Source of the DNA: Dehalococcoidia bacterium
Lineage (GTDB): Bacteria; Chloroflexota; Dehalococcoidia; Lucifugimonadales; QGNO01
Length of the DNA: 64,000 nucleotides
NCBI GenBank assembly: GCA_965249115.1
Contig: CBDFLI010000002.1
Coordinates: 2,106,636 to 2,170,635 of the forward strand
Direction of reading: 5' to 3'
Shown here: positions 1 to 10,917 of the stretch, in pieces
Layout: the number at the start of each line of letters is the position of its first letter
How positions within the stretch are numbered: the stretch's first letter is position 1
Notes under the pieces: generated by a model
The model's input: only the letters and a program-made list of their open reading frames with translations
Database searches by the model: none
Told to the model about the DNA's origin: nothing
Program-made: the position numbers and the translations under genes

Positions 1-1
1 T

Positions 2-145
2 GCGGATGATGGCAACCGCATCAAGATGGAGGTCAAAAAGGGCGATCGGGTTGTCTATTCCAAGTACGCCGGTACGGAGTTCAAAGAGGATGATGAGGAG
101 TATCTCATCGTACGGGAATCGGACATCCTGGCAAAATTTGCCTAG
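2..145 (+). CDS. groES: Co-chaperonin GroES, 3' part (5' end outside window)
   Basis: Frame 2 reads [47 protein letters not shown], the typical GroES C-terminus; lies directly upstream of groEL. Absent from the ORF track. Confidence 0.97.
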   Translation, partial: ADDGNRIKMEVKKGDRVVYSKYAGTEFKEDDEEYLIVRESDILAKFA

Positions 146-175
146 CAACATATCCGTGAACAGCAGCCATTTTAA

Positions 176-1801
<1,626 letters not shown>

Positions 1802-1822
1802 GCCACAGCCAGCGAAGCTAGA

Positions 1823-1862
1823 CATATTGGGCGCTCCTAACAAGAGCGCCCAATATGCTTTT
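1823..1862 (+). terminator. Intrinsic terminator of groESL
   Basis: Perfect 14-bp stem CATATTGGGCGCTC / GAGCGCCCAATATG with 7-nt loop, followed by CTTTT. Confidence 0.85.
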
Positions 1863-1964
1863 AATCCAGGACTTCAACGTACCCATTGAGCGGACTCCCC
1901 AGGTTTGCCCTTGGCGGCAGCAAGGCTGTATTCTTGTGCACGTATACCACTGATGAGGTTGAAA

Positions 1965-3131
1965 ATGAGCTTTGAACTTGTATGTACAGAATGCGGGGCC
2001 CGGCACGACGCGTCCAAGTATCGTATCGGCTGTGACGCTTGTGGGGGGCTGCTGGACGTGGAGTACGACACGCCGGCATCGGTGGATGGACGGACGGTGG
2101 CGGGAGCCACCGGCTTCGCAAGATACCTGCCGATGCTTCCGGTCCGGGACCTCGCCAACCTTGTCACCATGGGAGAGGGTGATACGCCCTTGATCCCCCT
2201 TCCTGGAGCCGGTGCGGCCATAGGGTTGAAGCGCCTGTACGGTAAGCTTGAAATGTGCAACCCTACTGGCTCGTTCAAGGACAGGGGCAACGCGGTCCAG
2301 GTGAGCGTGCTGAAGGAGACGGGCGTAACGCGGGTCGCGGACATAGCAGGCGGAAACGCGGGGCACTCCTTCGCTGCTTACTGCGCACGGGCAGGCATAA
2401 AATTTGTTGGGTTTTCGTATCGTGGAGGATATACCATTGATGGCCCCGACAACCGCAAAGTCCAGGCCATAGTACAGACCGGTGCCGAGATGCACTGGGT
2501 GGAGGGGGACCGCCAGGCCTGCCAGGAAGCCATAAACAGGTATTGTGAAGATACGGGCACCCTCAACATGGTCTACGGTAGGAACGCCTACTTTATCGAG
2601 GGCAACAAGACCATGGCCTACGAGATAGCCTCGCAGATGGATCCCTTGCCGGACCACATCATCGTTCCCGTGGGAAACGGCTCAACGTTCCAGGGACTCT
2701 GGTTGGGGTTCAAGGAGATGTTGGAGGACGGTCGGGTCCAGCGTATGCCCCGGCTCCACGGTGTCCAATCAGAGGCTTTTCAACCATTGATCCGTGAGTT
2801 GAACCACGGGGAAAGAAACGCCTCAACGGGTGGTTCCGATACCGTTGCCATAGGGATCAAGATACCGCAGCCGCCGCGTTTGCAGGCGCTGGTAAACGCG
2901 GCCAGAGACTCCGGCGGGCAACCGGTGGCCGTGACGGATACCGCGATAATCACGTGGCAGAGGCGTCTCAGCGAGTTGGAGGGCATTTTCGTGGAACCAA
3001 CGTCGGCTACGGTGCTGGCGGCGGCGGAGACCCTCAGGCAACGGGGTGTGATTGACGAGGCCGACCGCGTCCTGGTGTCGCTGACGGGGTCCGGGTTCAA
3101 GGAGCCCATACCTGAAGGCACGGCTATGTAG
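1965..3131 (+). CDS. Threonine synthase-like PLP-dependent enzyme (fold type II)
   Basis: N-terminal CxxC...CxxC, MGEGDTPLI, KLEMCNPTGSFKDRG (PLP lysine), VPVGNG, GIFVEPTSA, LTGSGFK. Start moved to ATG 1965, after GAGG. Confidence 0.85.
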   Translation: MSFELVCTECGARHDASKYRIGCDACGGLLDVEYDTPASVDGRTVAGATGFARYLPMLPVRDLANLVTMGEGDTPLIPLPGAGAAIGLKRLYGKLEMCNPTGSFKDRGNAVQVSVLKETGVTRVADIAGGNAGHSFAAYCARAGIKFVGFSYRGGYTIDGPDNRKVQAIVQTGAEMHWVEGDRQACQEAINRYCEDTGTLNMVYGRNAYFIEGNKTMAYEIASQMDPLPDHIIVPVGNGSTFQGLWLGFKEMLEDGRVQRMPRLHGVQSEAFQPLIRELNHGERNASTGGSDTVAIGIKIPQPPRLQALVNAARDSGGQPVAVTDTAIITWQRRLSELEGIFVEPTSATVLAAAETLRQRGVIDEADRVLVSLTGSGFKEPIPEGTAM

Positions 3132-3156
3132 TGGCCGTCGTGTCACAGGTGATCGA

Positions 3157-3573
3157 ATGACAAGCAAGAGACCTACCACTCACCCCAACGACATCCTGGC
3201 CCGGCATACGCCCCGGGTCCGGGAGCTTGTCCGGCGTCTGCGCGGGCTTGTTATAGCGACCGTGCCCGATGCCAGGGAGGTGGCGTACCCGGTGTGGAAG
3301 GGCCTGGGCTATCACCATCCGGAAGGCGGCTACTTCTGCGCCATTTTCCCGCATAGCGATGAGGTGAAGCTGGGCTTCGAGTACGGTGTGCTGCTCAACG
3401 ACCCGGACGGAGTCCTTGAAGGCACCGGAAAACAGTTGAGGTACGTGGTCATAAATGAGGGTCAGGCTATCCCTGGCGGTGCCATCAAGCGTCTGTTGGA
3501 GAACGCCGTGGATCTTCCACACCAACGAGGAGTGAAGCTGGGGCAAATCAAGAACCTCAAGGACAGTCCGTAG
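3157..3573 (+). CDS. DUF1801/YdhG-like protein
   Basis: VRRLRGLVIATVPDAREVAYPVWKGLGY...VKLGFEYGVLLNDPDGVLEGTGKQLRYV matches the family pattern. Confidence 0.75.
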   Translation: MTSKRPTTHPNDILARHTPRVRELVRRLRGLVIATVPDAREVAYPVWKGLGYHHPEGGYFCAIFPHSDEVKLGFEYGVLLNDPDGVLEGTGKQLRYVVINEGQAIPGGAIKRLLENAVDLPHQRGVKLGQIKNLKDSP

Positions 3574-3640
3574 CGGCAACCCGTCAGTCCACCTCTCGTG
3601 TCTGAAGAGCCTTGCTCTTACCCCCGGGGCCGGTGACTGG

Positions 3641-4165
3641 TTAAAGGCCTTCAGGGAGGTCTACCACCATACGGCCGCCTTCCACGTCCACCTCTTTCAC
3701 CACGTCTGCCAGGGCCGGGACCAGGGTCTCCTTTTCCGGTCCCTTCACCACGTAAACATCGTTGGCGCCGGTCTCCAGGACGTCGGTTATTACCCCAAGC
3801 TCCATGCCGGAGGCGGTGACCACCAGCATGTCCAGCAGCTGGTAGTGATAGTAGGTATCTGGTTGTGGAGGAGGAACGTCCTTCTCCGTGACGTAGATGG
3901 ACTCGCCTTGCAAAGTCTCCGCCGCGGTGCGTGAGTTCACTTCGCGGAACTTGATCAGGAGGTCACGGCGGACCGCACGCTTGGTGTCAACGCGATAGAC
4001 GGAACCACGGATGTGGACCACGTCGCCGGGAGCGAGCCTTTGGGGGATATCGGAAACAACGTTTACCCGGACCTCGCCCTGCATGCCTGCGGGACCGCGG
4101 ACATGACCGACCAGAACTAGGAGAGGTGCTTCATGGTTGCCCTGTGGACCGGGCTTCGGAGTCAT
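3641..4165 (-). CDS. rimM: 16S rRNA processing protein RimM
   Basis: VGHVRGPAGMQGEV, YYHYQLLDMLV, LETGANDVYVV, LVPALADVVKEVD; downstream of rpsP-khpA. Confidence 0.95.
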   Translation of the reverse strand: MTPKPGPQGNHEAPLLVLVGHVRGPAGMQGEVRVNVVSDIPQRLAPGDVVHIRGSVYRVDTKRAVRRDLLIKFREVNSRTAAETLQGESIYVTEKDVPPPQPDTYYHYQLLDMLVVTASGMELGVITDVLETGANDVYVVKGPEKETLVPALADVVKEVDVEGGRMVVDLPEGL

Positions 4166-4184
4166 GGAGAGGTGCGGGAACTGC

Positions 4185-4412
4185 TCACACTATTTCCAGA
4201 GTGGCCCGGGTGCCCTCTTTTACCGCCGCTACCCGGAGCAACACTCTCATGGCCTGGGCGACCCGGCCCTCGCGGCCGATGATCTTTCCCTTGTCTTCCT
4301 CCGCCACTTCCAGGCGGAACACCACCCTGTCCTCTTCCACCACTTCCGTGACCTTGACTTCCTCAGGTTTACTGGCAAGGGACTTGGCGATGTATTCGAC
4401 TAGTTCCCGCAT
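4185..4412 (-). CDS. khpA: KH-domain RNA-binding protein KhpA
   Basis: MRELVEYIAKSLASKPEEV...DKGKIIGREGRVAQAMR; conserved position between rpsP and rimM. Confidence 0.93.
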   Translation of the reverse strand: MRELVEYIAKSLASKPEEVKVTEVVEEDRVVFRLEVAEEDKGKIIGREGRVAQAMRVLLRVAAVKEGTRATLEIV

Positions 4413-4418
4413 CTTGGA

Positions 4419-4667
4419 CTAGTCCTCTCCGGCGGATTCCCTGTTGCGAATAATCCGCTGTACCGGTTCAGAAGGCTGGGCGCCTTTACTGATCCAGTCC
4501 TTTACCTTCTCGTCATCAAGGACAATGGTCGGAGGATCGGTCATGGGGTCGTAGTGGCCCACCTGGTCCACGAAGGAACCGTCCCGCGGGGCGCGCGAGT
4601 CGGCCACCACAATCCTGTAGGACGGGTGCTTTTTGGCACCGACTCTCCGCAACCGTATCCGTAACAT
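4419..4667 (-). CDS. rpsP: 30S ribosomal protein S16
   Basis: [30 protein letters not shown]...GAQPSEPV; start at ATG 4667 behind GGAAAGGA. Confidence 0.98.
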   Translation of the reverse strand: MLRIRLRRVGAKKHPSYRIVVADSRAPRDGSFVDQVGHYDPMTDPPTIVLDDEKVKDWISKGAQPSEPVQRIIRNRESAGED

Positions 4668-4857
4668 ATCTTCCTTTCCACTCTCCCTTGAATACGCCCT
4701 GGAATTGTAGCCCTGCCTAGATGCGTTGTCAACGAAGAGCCCTGCCCGAACCACGTTGCCCAAGCTCCAGGTAGTACGGTACAGTGTCCACAACGGCCTC
4801 GTCGCGCCGTTGACGCACCCAGGTCGATTTTACCGAGCGGCTCTTCAAGGGGGCTTT

Positions 4858-7746
4858 ATGACCACAGAGACCCGTGCGCTGGAAACGGAACTGAAACGCG
4901 GCGTCTCGGGAGAGGTGCGCTTCGACCCCTACTCCCGGGCTCTCTACAGCACCGACGCCTCCATCTATCAGATCGAACCCGTCGGCGTGGTCATCCCCCA
5001 CGACTCGGACGACGTGGCGGCCGTTGTATCCACCTGCGCCCAGGCCGGCGTGGCGGTCCTGCCCAGGGGAGGAGGTACCGGCTTGGCCGGTCAGACGGTG
5101 AACCACGCGGTGGTCCTGGACTTCAGCAAGTACATGCACCAGGTATTGGAGGTGAACCCGGAGGAGCGGTGGGCCAGGGCACAGCCGGGCATTACCCTCG
5201 ACGAGCTTAACCACCAACTACGGCCACACGGCCTGCATTTCGCTCCCGACCCCACCACCAGCAACCGGGCCACGGTGGGGGGCGCGATAGGCAACAACTC
5301 CTGTGGGGCGCACTCCGTCCTCTACGGCAAGACGTCCGACCACGTAAAAGAGGTCAGCGTTGTGCTGTCAGACGGCAACCTGGCGGGCTTTGGACCCGTT
5401 CAAGGCCCGACGCTGGAAGCCAAGCTGGCCCGAGAAGACCTGGAGGGACGCATCTACCGCGACGTGGCCCGCATAGCCCAAGATCAGAGGGGGGAAATAA
5501 AGCTGCGCTTCCCCAGAATAATGCGTCGGGTCTCCGGCTATAACCTGGACGTAATGCTGGAAGACGGTCCCACCAACCTGACCGGCATGGTGGTGGGGTC
5601 CGAGGGGACGCTGGTGGTGGCGACGGAGGCCAAGCTAAACCTGGAGCCCCTGCCAAAGATGAAGACCCTGGCCGTGCTCCACTTCAACGGCATCAATGAG
5701 GCTATGGAGGCCACGGTGGCCATACTGGAGCACGGCCCGTCCGCCGTGGAGCTGGTCGACAGGATGATCCTGGACCGGACGCGGGAATCGGTGGGGTTCG
5801 CCCGGCGGATGTCCTTCGTTGAGGGCCAACCCCAGGCGTTGCTGCTGGTGGAGTTCTACGGAGAGTCGGAGAAGGAGCTCCAGTCCAAGGTTGACGCCTT
5901 GAAGGAGGACATACTCCAGCGCAGGGGTCTGGCGTTTGCGTGCGTGACGGCGACGACACCCCAGGAGCAGGCCAACGTCTGGGAGGTGCGCAGGGCAGGC
6001 CTGGGCCTCCTTATGAGCGTCAAGGGAGACAGCAAACCCCTTCCCTTCGTGGAGGACACCGCGGTCGCTCCGGACAAGCTGCCGGCGTACGTCCGGCGGT
6101 TCGACGAGATAGTCCGGGAGCACGACACCGTGGCCGGTTACTACGGCCATGCCAGCGTCGGCTGCCTGCACATCCGTCCCCTGGTCAACATCAAGCTACA
6201 GGAGGGCCTGGACAAGCTGGTGTCCATAGCGTCGGACATCAGCGACCTGGTGCTGGAGTTCGGCGGGTCCTTGAGCGGCGAGCACGGCGACGGCATTGTG
6301 CGGGGCGCGTGGACCGAGAAGATGTTCGGCACTAGGTTGTACGACGCCTTCCGTGAGGTGAAGCGCGCCTTTGACCCCCAGGGAATTATGAACCCGGGTA
6401 AGATAGTTGACTGCCCGCCCTTCACCGAGAACCTCAGGATAGGGCCGGCGTATCAAGCATGGGAGCCCGAGACCATACTGGACTTTTCCGCCGATGGAGG
6501 GTTCGCCCGGGCCGTGGAGCTGTGCAACGGCGTTGGGGCCTGTCGCAAGACCCTGGGCGGCACCATGTGTCCCTCCTACATGGTGACCCGTGAGGAGGAG
6601 CACTCGACGCGTGGCCGGGCCAATGCCCTGCGCAGCGTGCTCTCCGGGACGCTGCCGCCGACGGAGTTCACAGGCAAGCGCCTCCACGACGTACTGGACC
6701 TGTGCCTGGAGTGCAAGGGGTGTAAGGGAGAGTGCCCCTCCAACGTGGACCTGGCGAAGCTGAAGTACGAGTTCCTGGCTGCCTATAACAAGCGCCACGG
6801 CGTCCCGCTGAGGTCGCGCGTCCTCGCCAACATCGCCAGGATCAACCGGTGGAGCGCGATGATAGCGCCCATCGCCAACCTGGGGACGGGAAACCCGCTG
6901 ACGCGGTGGCTATTGCACAGGTTCCTGGGGATTCACAAAAAGCGGAGGCTCCCTTCCCTGGCCGGGACTACCTTCCCCAACTGGTTCCACAAGCGTCGTA
7001 AGGCATCTATGCCTAAGGTGGCCGCCAGGGGACAGGCGGTGCTGTTTCACGATACGTTCATGGACTACAACGAGCCGCAGGTGGGCCGGGCAGCGGTGGA
7101 GCTGTTGGAGGCGGCAGGCTTCGAGGTGGTGCTGGCGGACAAGGTGTGCTGTGGCCGTCCCATGATATCCAAGGGGCTTCTGGAGCAGGCCAGGGAGAAC
7201 GCCAGGACCAACGTTGAGCGGCTGTATCCCTATGCTGAGGCGGGCGTGCCCATCATTGGGTGCGAGCCGAGTTGCCTGCTGACCCTGAAGGACGAGTACC
7301 CGGACCTCGTTCGCAGTCCGGAGGCCAACGTGGTGGCCGACAACTCGTACTTGTTTGAGGAGTTCCTGGCCAAGTTGCACGACGATGGACAGCTGTACCT
7401 AACCTTCAAGGAGACCCGTGACAAGGTGCTCCTCCACGGCCACTGCCATCAGAAGGCACTGGTGGGCAGCGCCGTATCGGCGGCGGCATTGCGGCTGGTA
7501 CCCGGGTTGGAGGTTGAGGAGATCGACTCGGGCTGCTGTGGCATGGCGGGTGCCTTCGGCTACGAAAAGGAGCACTATGATATGTCCATGGCCATAGGTG
7601 AGCAACGGCTGTTCCCGGCGGTGCGCAACGCTCCGGAGGCCAGGATAGCGATCACTGGCTTCTCATGCCGGCACCAGGTGCGGGACGGCACGGGCCGCCA
7701 GCCCGAGCACGTGGTGGAGATACTGCGTGGAGCGCTGGAGGAATAA
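4858..7746 (+). CDS. Fused FAD-linked oxidase + 4Fe-4S dicluster + CCG domains (D-lactate/glycolate dehydrogenase GlcD-GlcF/YdiJ-like)
   Basis: PRGGGTGLAGQ, GSEGTL, GHASVGCLH, SGEHGDG, CNGVGAC, CLECKGCKGECP, CCGRP, HGHCHQ, GCCGMAG. Confidence 0.9.
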   Translation: MTTETRALETELKRGVSGEVRFDPYSRALYSTDASIYQIEPVGVVIPHDSDDVAAVVSTCAQAGVAVLPRGGGTGLAGQTVNHAVVLDFSKYMHQVLEVNPEERWARAQPGITLDELNHQLRPHGLHFAPDPTTSNRATVGGAIGNNSCGAHSVLYGKTSDHVKEVSVVLSDGNLAGFGPVQGPTLEAKLAREDLEGRIYRDVARIAQDQRGEIKLRFPRIMRRVSGYNLDVMLEDGPTNLTGMVVGSEGTLVVATEAKLNLEPLPKMKTLAVLHFNGINEAMEATVAILEHGPSAVELVDRMILDRTRESVGFARRMSFVEGQPQALLLVEFYGESEKELQSKVDALKEDILQRRGLAFACVTATTPQEQANVWEVRRAGLGLLMSVKGDSKPLPFVEDTAVAPDKLPAYVRRFDEIVREHDTVAGYYGHASVGCLHIRPLVNIKLQEGLDKLVSIASDISDLVLEFGGSLSGEHGDGIVRGAWTEKMFGTRLYDAFREVKRAFDPQGIMNPGKIVDCPPFTENLRIGPAYQAWEPETILDFSADGGFARAVELCNGVGACRKTLGGTMCPSYMVTREEEHSTRGRANALRSVLSGTLPPTEFTGKRLHDVLDLCLECKGCKGECPSNVDLAKLKYEFLAAYNKRHGVPLRSRVLANIARINRWSAMIAPIANLGTGNPLTRWLLHRFLGIHKKRRLPSLAGTTFPNWFHKRRKASMPKVAARGQAVLFHDTFMDYNEPQVGRAAVELLEAAGFEVVLADKVCCGRPMISKGLLEQARENARTNVERLYPYAEAGVPIIGCEPSCLLTLKDEYPDLVRSPEANVVADNSYLFEEFLAKLHDDGQLYLTFKETRDKVLLHGHCHQKALVGSAVSAAALRLVPGLEVEEIDSGCCGMAGAFGYEKEHYDMSMAIGEQRLFPAVRNAPEARIAITGFSCRHQVRDGTGRQPEHVVEILRGALEE

Positions 7747-7753
7747 GATACCA

Positions 7754-7790
7754 TCTGGAGGGACTTTGCCCAAAGTCCCCCCAGACCCCT
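7754..7790. repeat. REP-like palindrome
   Basis: Nested inverted repeat TCTGG-AG-GGACTTTG...CAAAGTCC-CC-CCAGA followed by CCCCT, just after the stop codon. Confidence 0.45.
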
Positions 7791-8239
7791 TCAAACTTCA
7801 CGCTCTTCAGAACCACAGGTCAGGTGGCAGCTATATTTGAGAACGACAGGCCTCCTCCATGCATAATCTTACAACTGAACGCGCGCAATTCATTCTTCAG
7901 ACGGTGGCTCCCGGCTATGAACTCGTTTCTGTGCAGTCCGCTTTGGCAGCTTCGCCAACGACGTGCAAGTCACTTGGGGATTCTCCGGAGTAAACGCGGG
8001 AGATGACCGATTTTGGTCAGCTTTTGCGAGCTTGCCAGCACTTAGTCCATGAGCATCCACACCGTAGTGTGTTTGATAGTAATTTTTCATGAACAGGCCC
8101 CTTGCTGGGACCGGCCAGAGCATCAATAACCGGGAACCAATGCGTATCTGGGTCTTGTCATGCATCCAGTTAGGCGGTGTACTCCTATAGCAGTAGGGGA
8201 AGGCAAGGATGCTTGAGTTTCCATCCTGGAGACCGGCCT

Positions 8240-9403
8240 ATGCAGTTATCAAACAGATGGCACCGCGATCCCTGGTTCTGGGTTATTGTCTTGGGCGGCC
8301 TGGGCCACGTACTGACTCATTACGCCAGCTATATTCCGGCAGTCCGTCCAATAATAAGAGGGCTGCCATATTTCAACCTTCACGCTCTGCACGAGGCTGA
8401 GTTTCTGATTATCATAGCCCTGGCAGCCTATCGTTTCAGGCTCAAGGGTGGCCTCGCAACCATTGTGGGCACGGCTCTCGCCTCCATTCCCTTTGTTCTG
8501 ACACCATACATTTTCGGAAGGGATCCCAGGTCCGGAGAGGTCCGGGACCTGATTATTCAAACATTGCTCACCCTTGTTATTGGAGGCTTTATCGTCTTCC
8601 TGAACGAGCTTCACGCCCGGCAAAGGGAACGCAGCGAGAAGTTACTGAAGGACTTGCAGGACAAACAGGAACAGCTGATAAGGACTGACAGGCTTGCGAC
8701 GGCTGGTCGGTTAGCCGCCAGCGTAGCCCATGATGTGAGAACCCCCCTCATGGCCATCATAGGCTTTTCTCAACTGTTGTTGGAGAGGAACATGGACGAT
8801 GATGTCAGGAAAGACCTGACCGTCATAATGAACGAAGCAGAACGCGCTTCAACAATCACCGAAGGTCTGCTCTCCTTCTCCGGACAGCGACCAACCAGCA
8901 GGGCTTCCATGTCAGTGAACGAAGCTGTGGAAGGCGTTCTGAACCTGTGGTCTCCTCAACTCAAGGCCAATAATATACAGGTAGTTCTGAAACTGCATCC
9001 GGACTTACCCGGCACATGGGCCGATTACCAGCAGATTAAACAGGTGCTTTTAAACCTAGTGGTGAACGCAGAGCAGGCCATGACCGAGGCCCACAATAGA
9101 GGTAAGCTGACCGTATCCACCCAGCACGTGGACTCTGTCATCCGTACAACCGTATCAGACGACGGGCCGGGTATTCCAAAGCACCTGATATCCAGAATAT
9201 TTGACTCCTTTTATACCACCAAGCGGCCAGGGGAGGGGACGGGTCTTGGTCTCAGCATTTGCCACAGGATCATCACGGAACATGGAGGAGTCATTCAGAT
9301 AGAGGCTCAGGAGGACAAAGGAACAACCGTTGTCATTGACCTTCCTCTAAATAGTCAGGGTTTAGCTCTGTCGAACGGACGTCAGATACAGAGCGTGGCC
9401 TGA
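8240..9403 (+). CDS. Membrane-bound sensor histidine kinase (HisKA + HATPase_c)
   Basis: About 4 N-terminal hydrophobic segments; H box AHDVRTPL, N box LNLVVNAEQA, G1 DDGPGI, F box IFDSFYTTK, G2 GTGLGLSI. Confidence 0.92.
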   Translation: MQLSNRWHRDPWFWVIVLGGLGHVLTHYASYIPAVRPIIRGLPYFNLHALHEAEFLIIIALAAYRFRLKGGLATIVGTALASIPFVLTPYIFGRDPRSGEVRDLIIQTLLTLVIGGFIVFLNELHARQRERSEKLLKDLQDKQEQLIRTDRLATAGRLAASVAHDVRTPLMAIIGFSQLLLERNMDDDVRKDLTVIMNEAERASTITEGLLSFSGQRPTSRASMSVNEAVEGVLNLWSPQLKANNIQVVLKLHPDLPGTWADYQQIKQVLLNLVVNAEQAMTEAHNRGKLTVSTQHVDSVIRTTVSDDGPGIPKHLISRIFDSFYTTKRPGEGTGLGLSICHRIITEHGGVIQIEAQEDKGTTVVIDLPLNSQGLALSNGRQIQSVA

Positions 9404-9463
9404 TACCCTGTTCTTGTCGCAAGGTCGCCGACCCAGGGGGCCATGACCAGAGTCTTCCTATTG

Positions 9464-9877
9464 CTACTGCCATACCCCCAGGATGCTGCCGCCAATGGCG
9501 AGGACCACCACCGGGTATCCGGCGTTAATCAAGAAGAGCTTCGTTGGTCTTCCCTCGAATTCGTACTGGCCTGCCATGGCGCTGGCTATGAACCCGATTC
9601 CCACAATGACGCCTATCACCAGTCCGTCCAGTAGCTCATCTGCTCCTGTGGCCTGGATTATGATGGCCAGTCCAAACACGGTCAGTACGGAGGCCACCAG
9701 GGCCATAATATAGGCCCGCACTGCGCGGCCTCCTCCTGGAAGCTCTTCCCTAGTCTTGCCTATGAGCGCCATCCACGGGTCTGCCAGTACCATGTACCAC
9801 AAGGCCCCACCGACGTACTGGACTACTATAGCAACCAGTATAGCTAAGTAGTTGAGATCACCGAAATCAATGTTCAT
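9464..9877 (-). CDS. DUF1761 family membrane protein
   Basis: NYLAILVA...GALWY...PWM...KLFLINAGY; 4 hydrophobic helices. Confidence 0.8.
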   Translation of the reverse strand: MNIDFGDLNYLAILVAIVVQYVGGALWYMVLADPWMALIGKTREELPGGGRAVRAYIMALVASVLTVFGLAIIIQATGADELLDGLVIGVIVGIGFIASAMAGQYEFEGRPTKLFLINAGYPVVVLAIGGSILGVWQ

Positions 9878-10118
9878 TTACATTTCTCCTTCCAGGCAGA
9901 TTTCGCTACAAGTCACTGCGATGTCGGTCAGCGTACAGCGCCGACCGCGGCGAGTATAACGAGTCCCGCAAGGTTTAGGCAATATCGCGTATGAAGGGCG
10001 TTATGGTAGCAGTAGGCTATCATTGACCTGTTCAACCATCCCATCCACTAAAGGTAGCTATCCTATACCTCCAACCTGGTGTACCATATAGCCATATAAA
10101 GGCGCCTGATTTGATCAA

Positions 10119-10886
10119 ATGGTTAAGAAGGCAGACGTGTGGGACCTGAGCGGTAAAGCAGCGCTGATAACCGGCGGCAGCAGAGGGCTTGGAAAGGCCA
10201 TCGTTCTGGAGTTGGCCAGGATGGGAGCGGACGTGGCCTACTGCTACAAGAAGGACACCCAAGCGGCCAAGGCCGTGGCGGACCAGGTGGAGGAGGAGAA
10301 TGGACGCAGGCCCTTCTTTATCCAGGCCGACATCACCGACGAAAAGGACAGGGCGCGACTGATGAAAGAGGCCCCGGACCAGCTTGGGGGGCTGCACGTC
10401 CTGGTGAACAACGCGGGGACCAGGGCTGACGGCGTGGCCATTAGAATGAACAGCGCATGGGACCAGGTGATTGACCTGGACCTCAACGCGCCTTTTAGAC
10501 TGGCCCAACACGCCCTTCGAATAATGATGAAGCAGTCCTGGGGAAGGATCATCAATATCGGCAGCATAGCCTCTCGCATCGGGCTTGGCGGACAGGCCAA
10601 CTACACGGCGGCCAAGGCGGGACTGGAGGGCCTAACCAGGTCCCTGGCCCAGGAGTACGGCAAGCGGGGTATCACAGTCAACACAGTGAACCCCGGGTTC
10701 ATGGAAACGGACCTCACCGGGGATGCCAGCCTGGAATTCAGGATGTCACTGATTGCCGGCGCTGCTATTCCTGAAACGCTGACCCCGGATGCCATAGCCA
10801 ACGTCGTCGCCTTCCTGGCGTCGGATGCCGCGTGGGCGATTACAGGCCAGAGCATAAACGTGGACGGCGGGCTGGTAAAGCTGTAA
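10119..10886 (+). CDS. fabG: 3-oxoacyl-ACP reductase-like SDR (FabG paralogue)
   Basis: TGGSRGLG, NNAG, YTAAK catalytic motif, VNPGFMETDLT, GQSINVDGG. Confidence 0.85.
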   Translation: MVKKADVWDLSGKAALITGGSRGLGKAIVLELARMGADVAYCYKKDTQAAKAVADQVEEENGRRPFFIQADITDEKDRARLMKEAPDQLGGLHVLVNNAGTRADGVAIRMNSAWDQVIDLDLNAPFRLAQHALRIMMKQSWGRIINIGSIASRIGLGGQANYTAAKAGLEGLTRSLAQEYGKRGITVNTVNPGFMETDLTGDASLEFRMSLIAGAAIPETLTPDAIANVVAFLASDAAWAITGQSINVDGGLVKL

Positions 10887-10917
10887 CGGGTCTGGTGCCA
10901 AGGATCAAAGGGTTCAC

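Noticed and set aside
7890-8165. 91-aa minus-strand ORF between the oxidoreductase and the kinase
   Set aside because: No RBS or motif recognised; could be a relic but cannot be supported.
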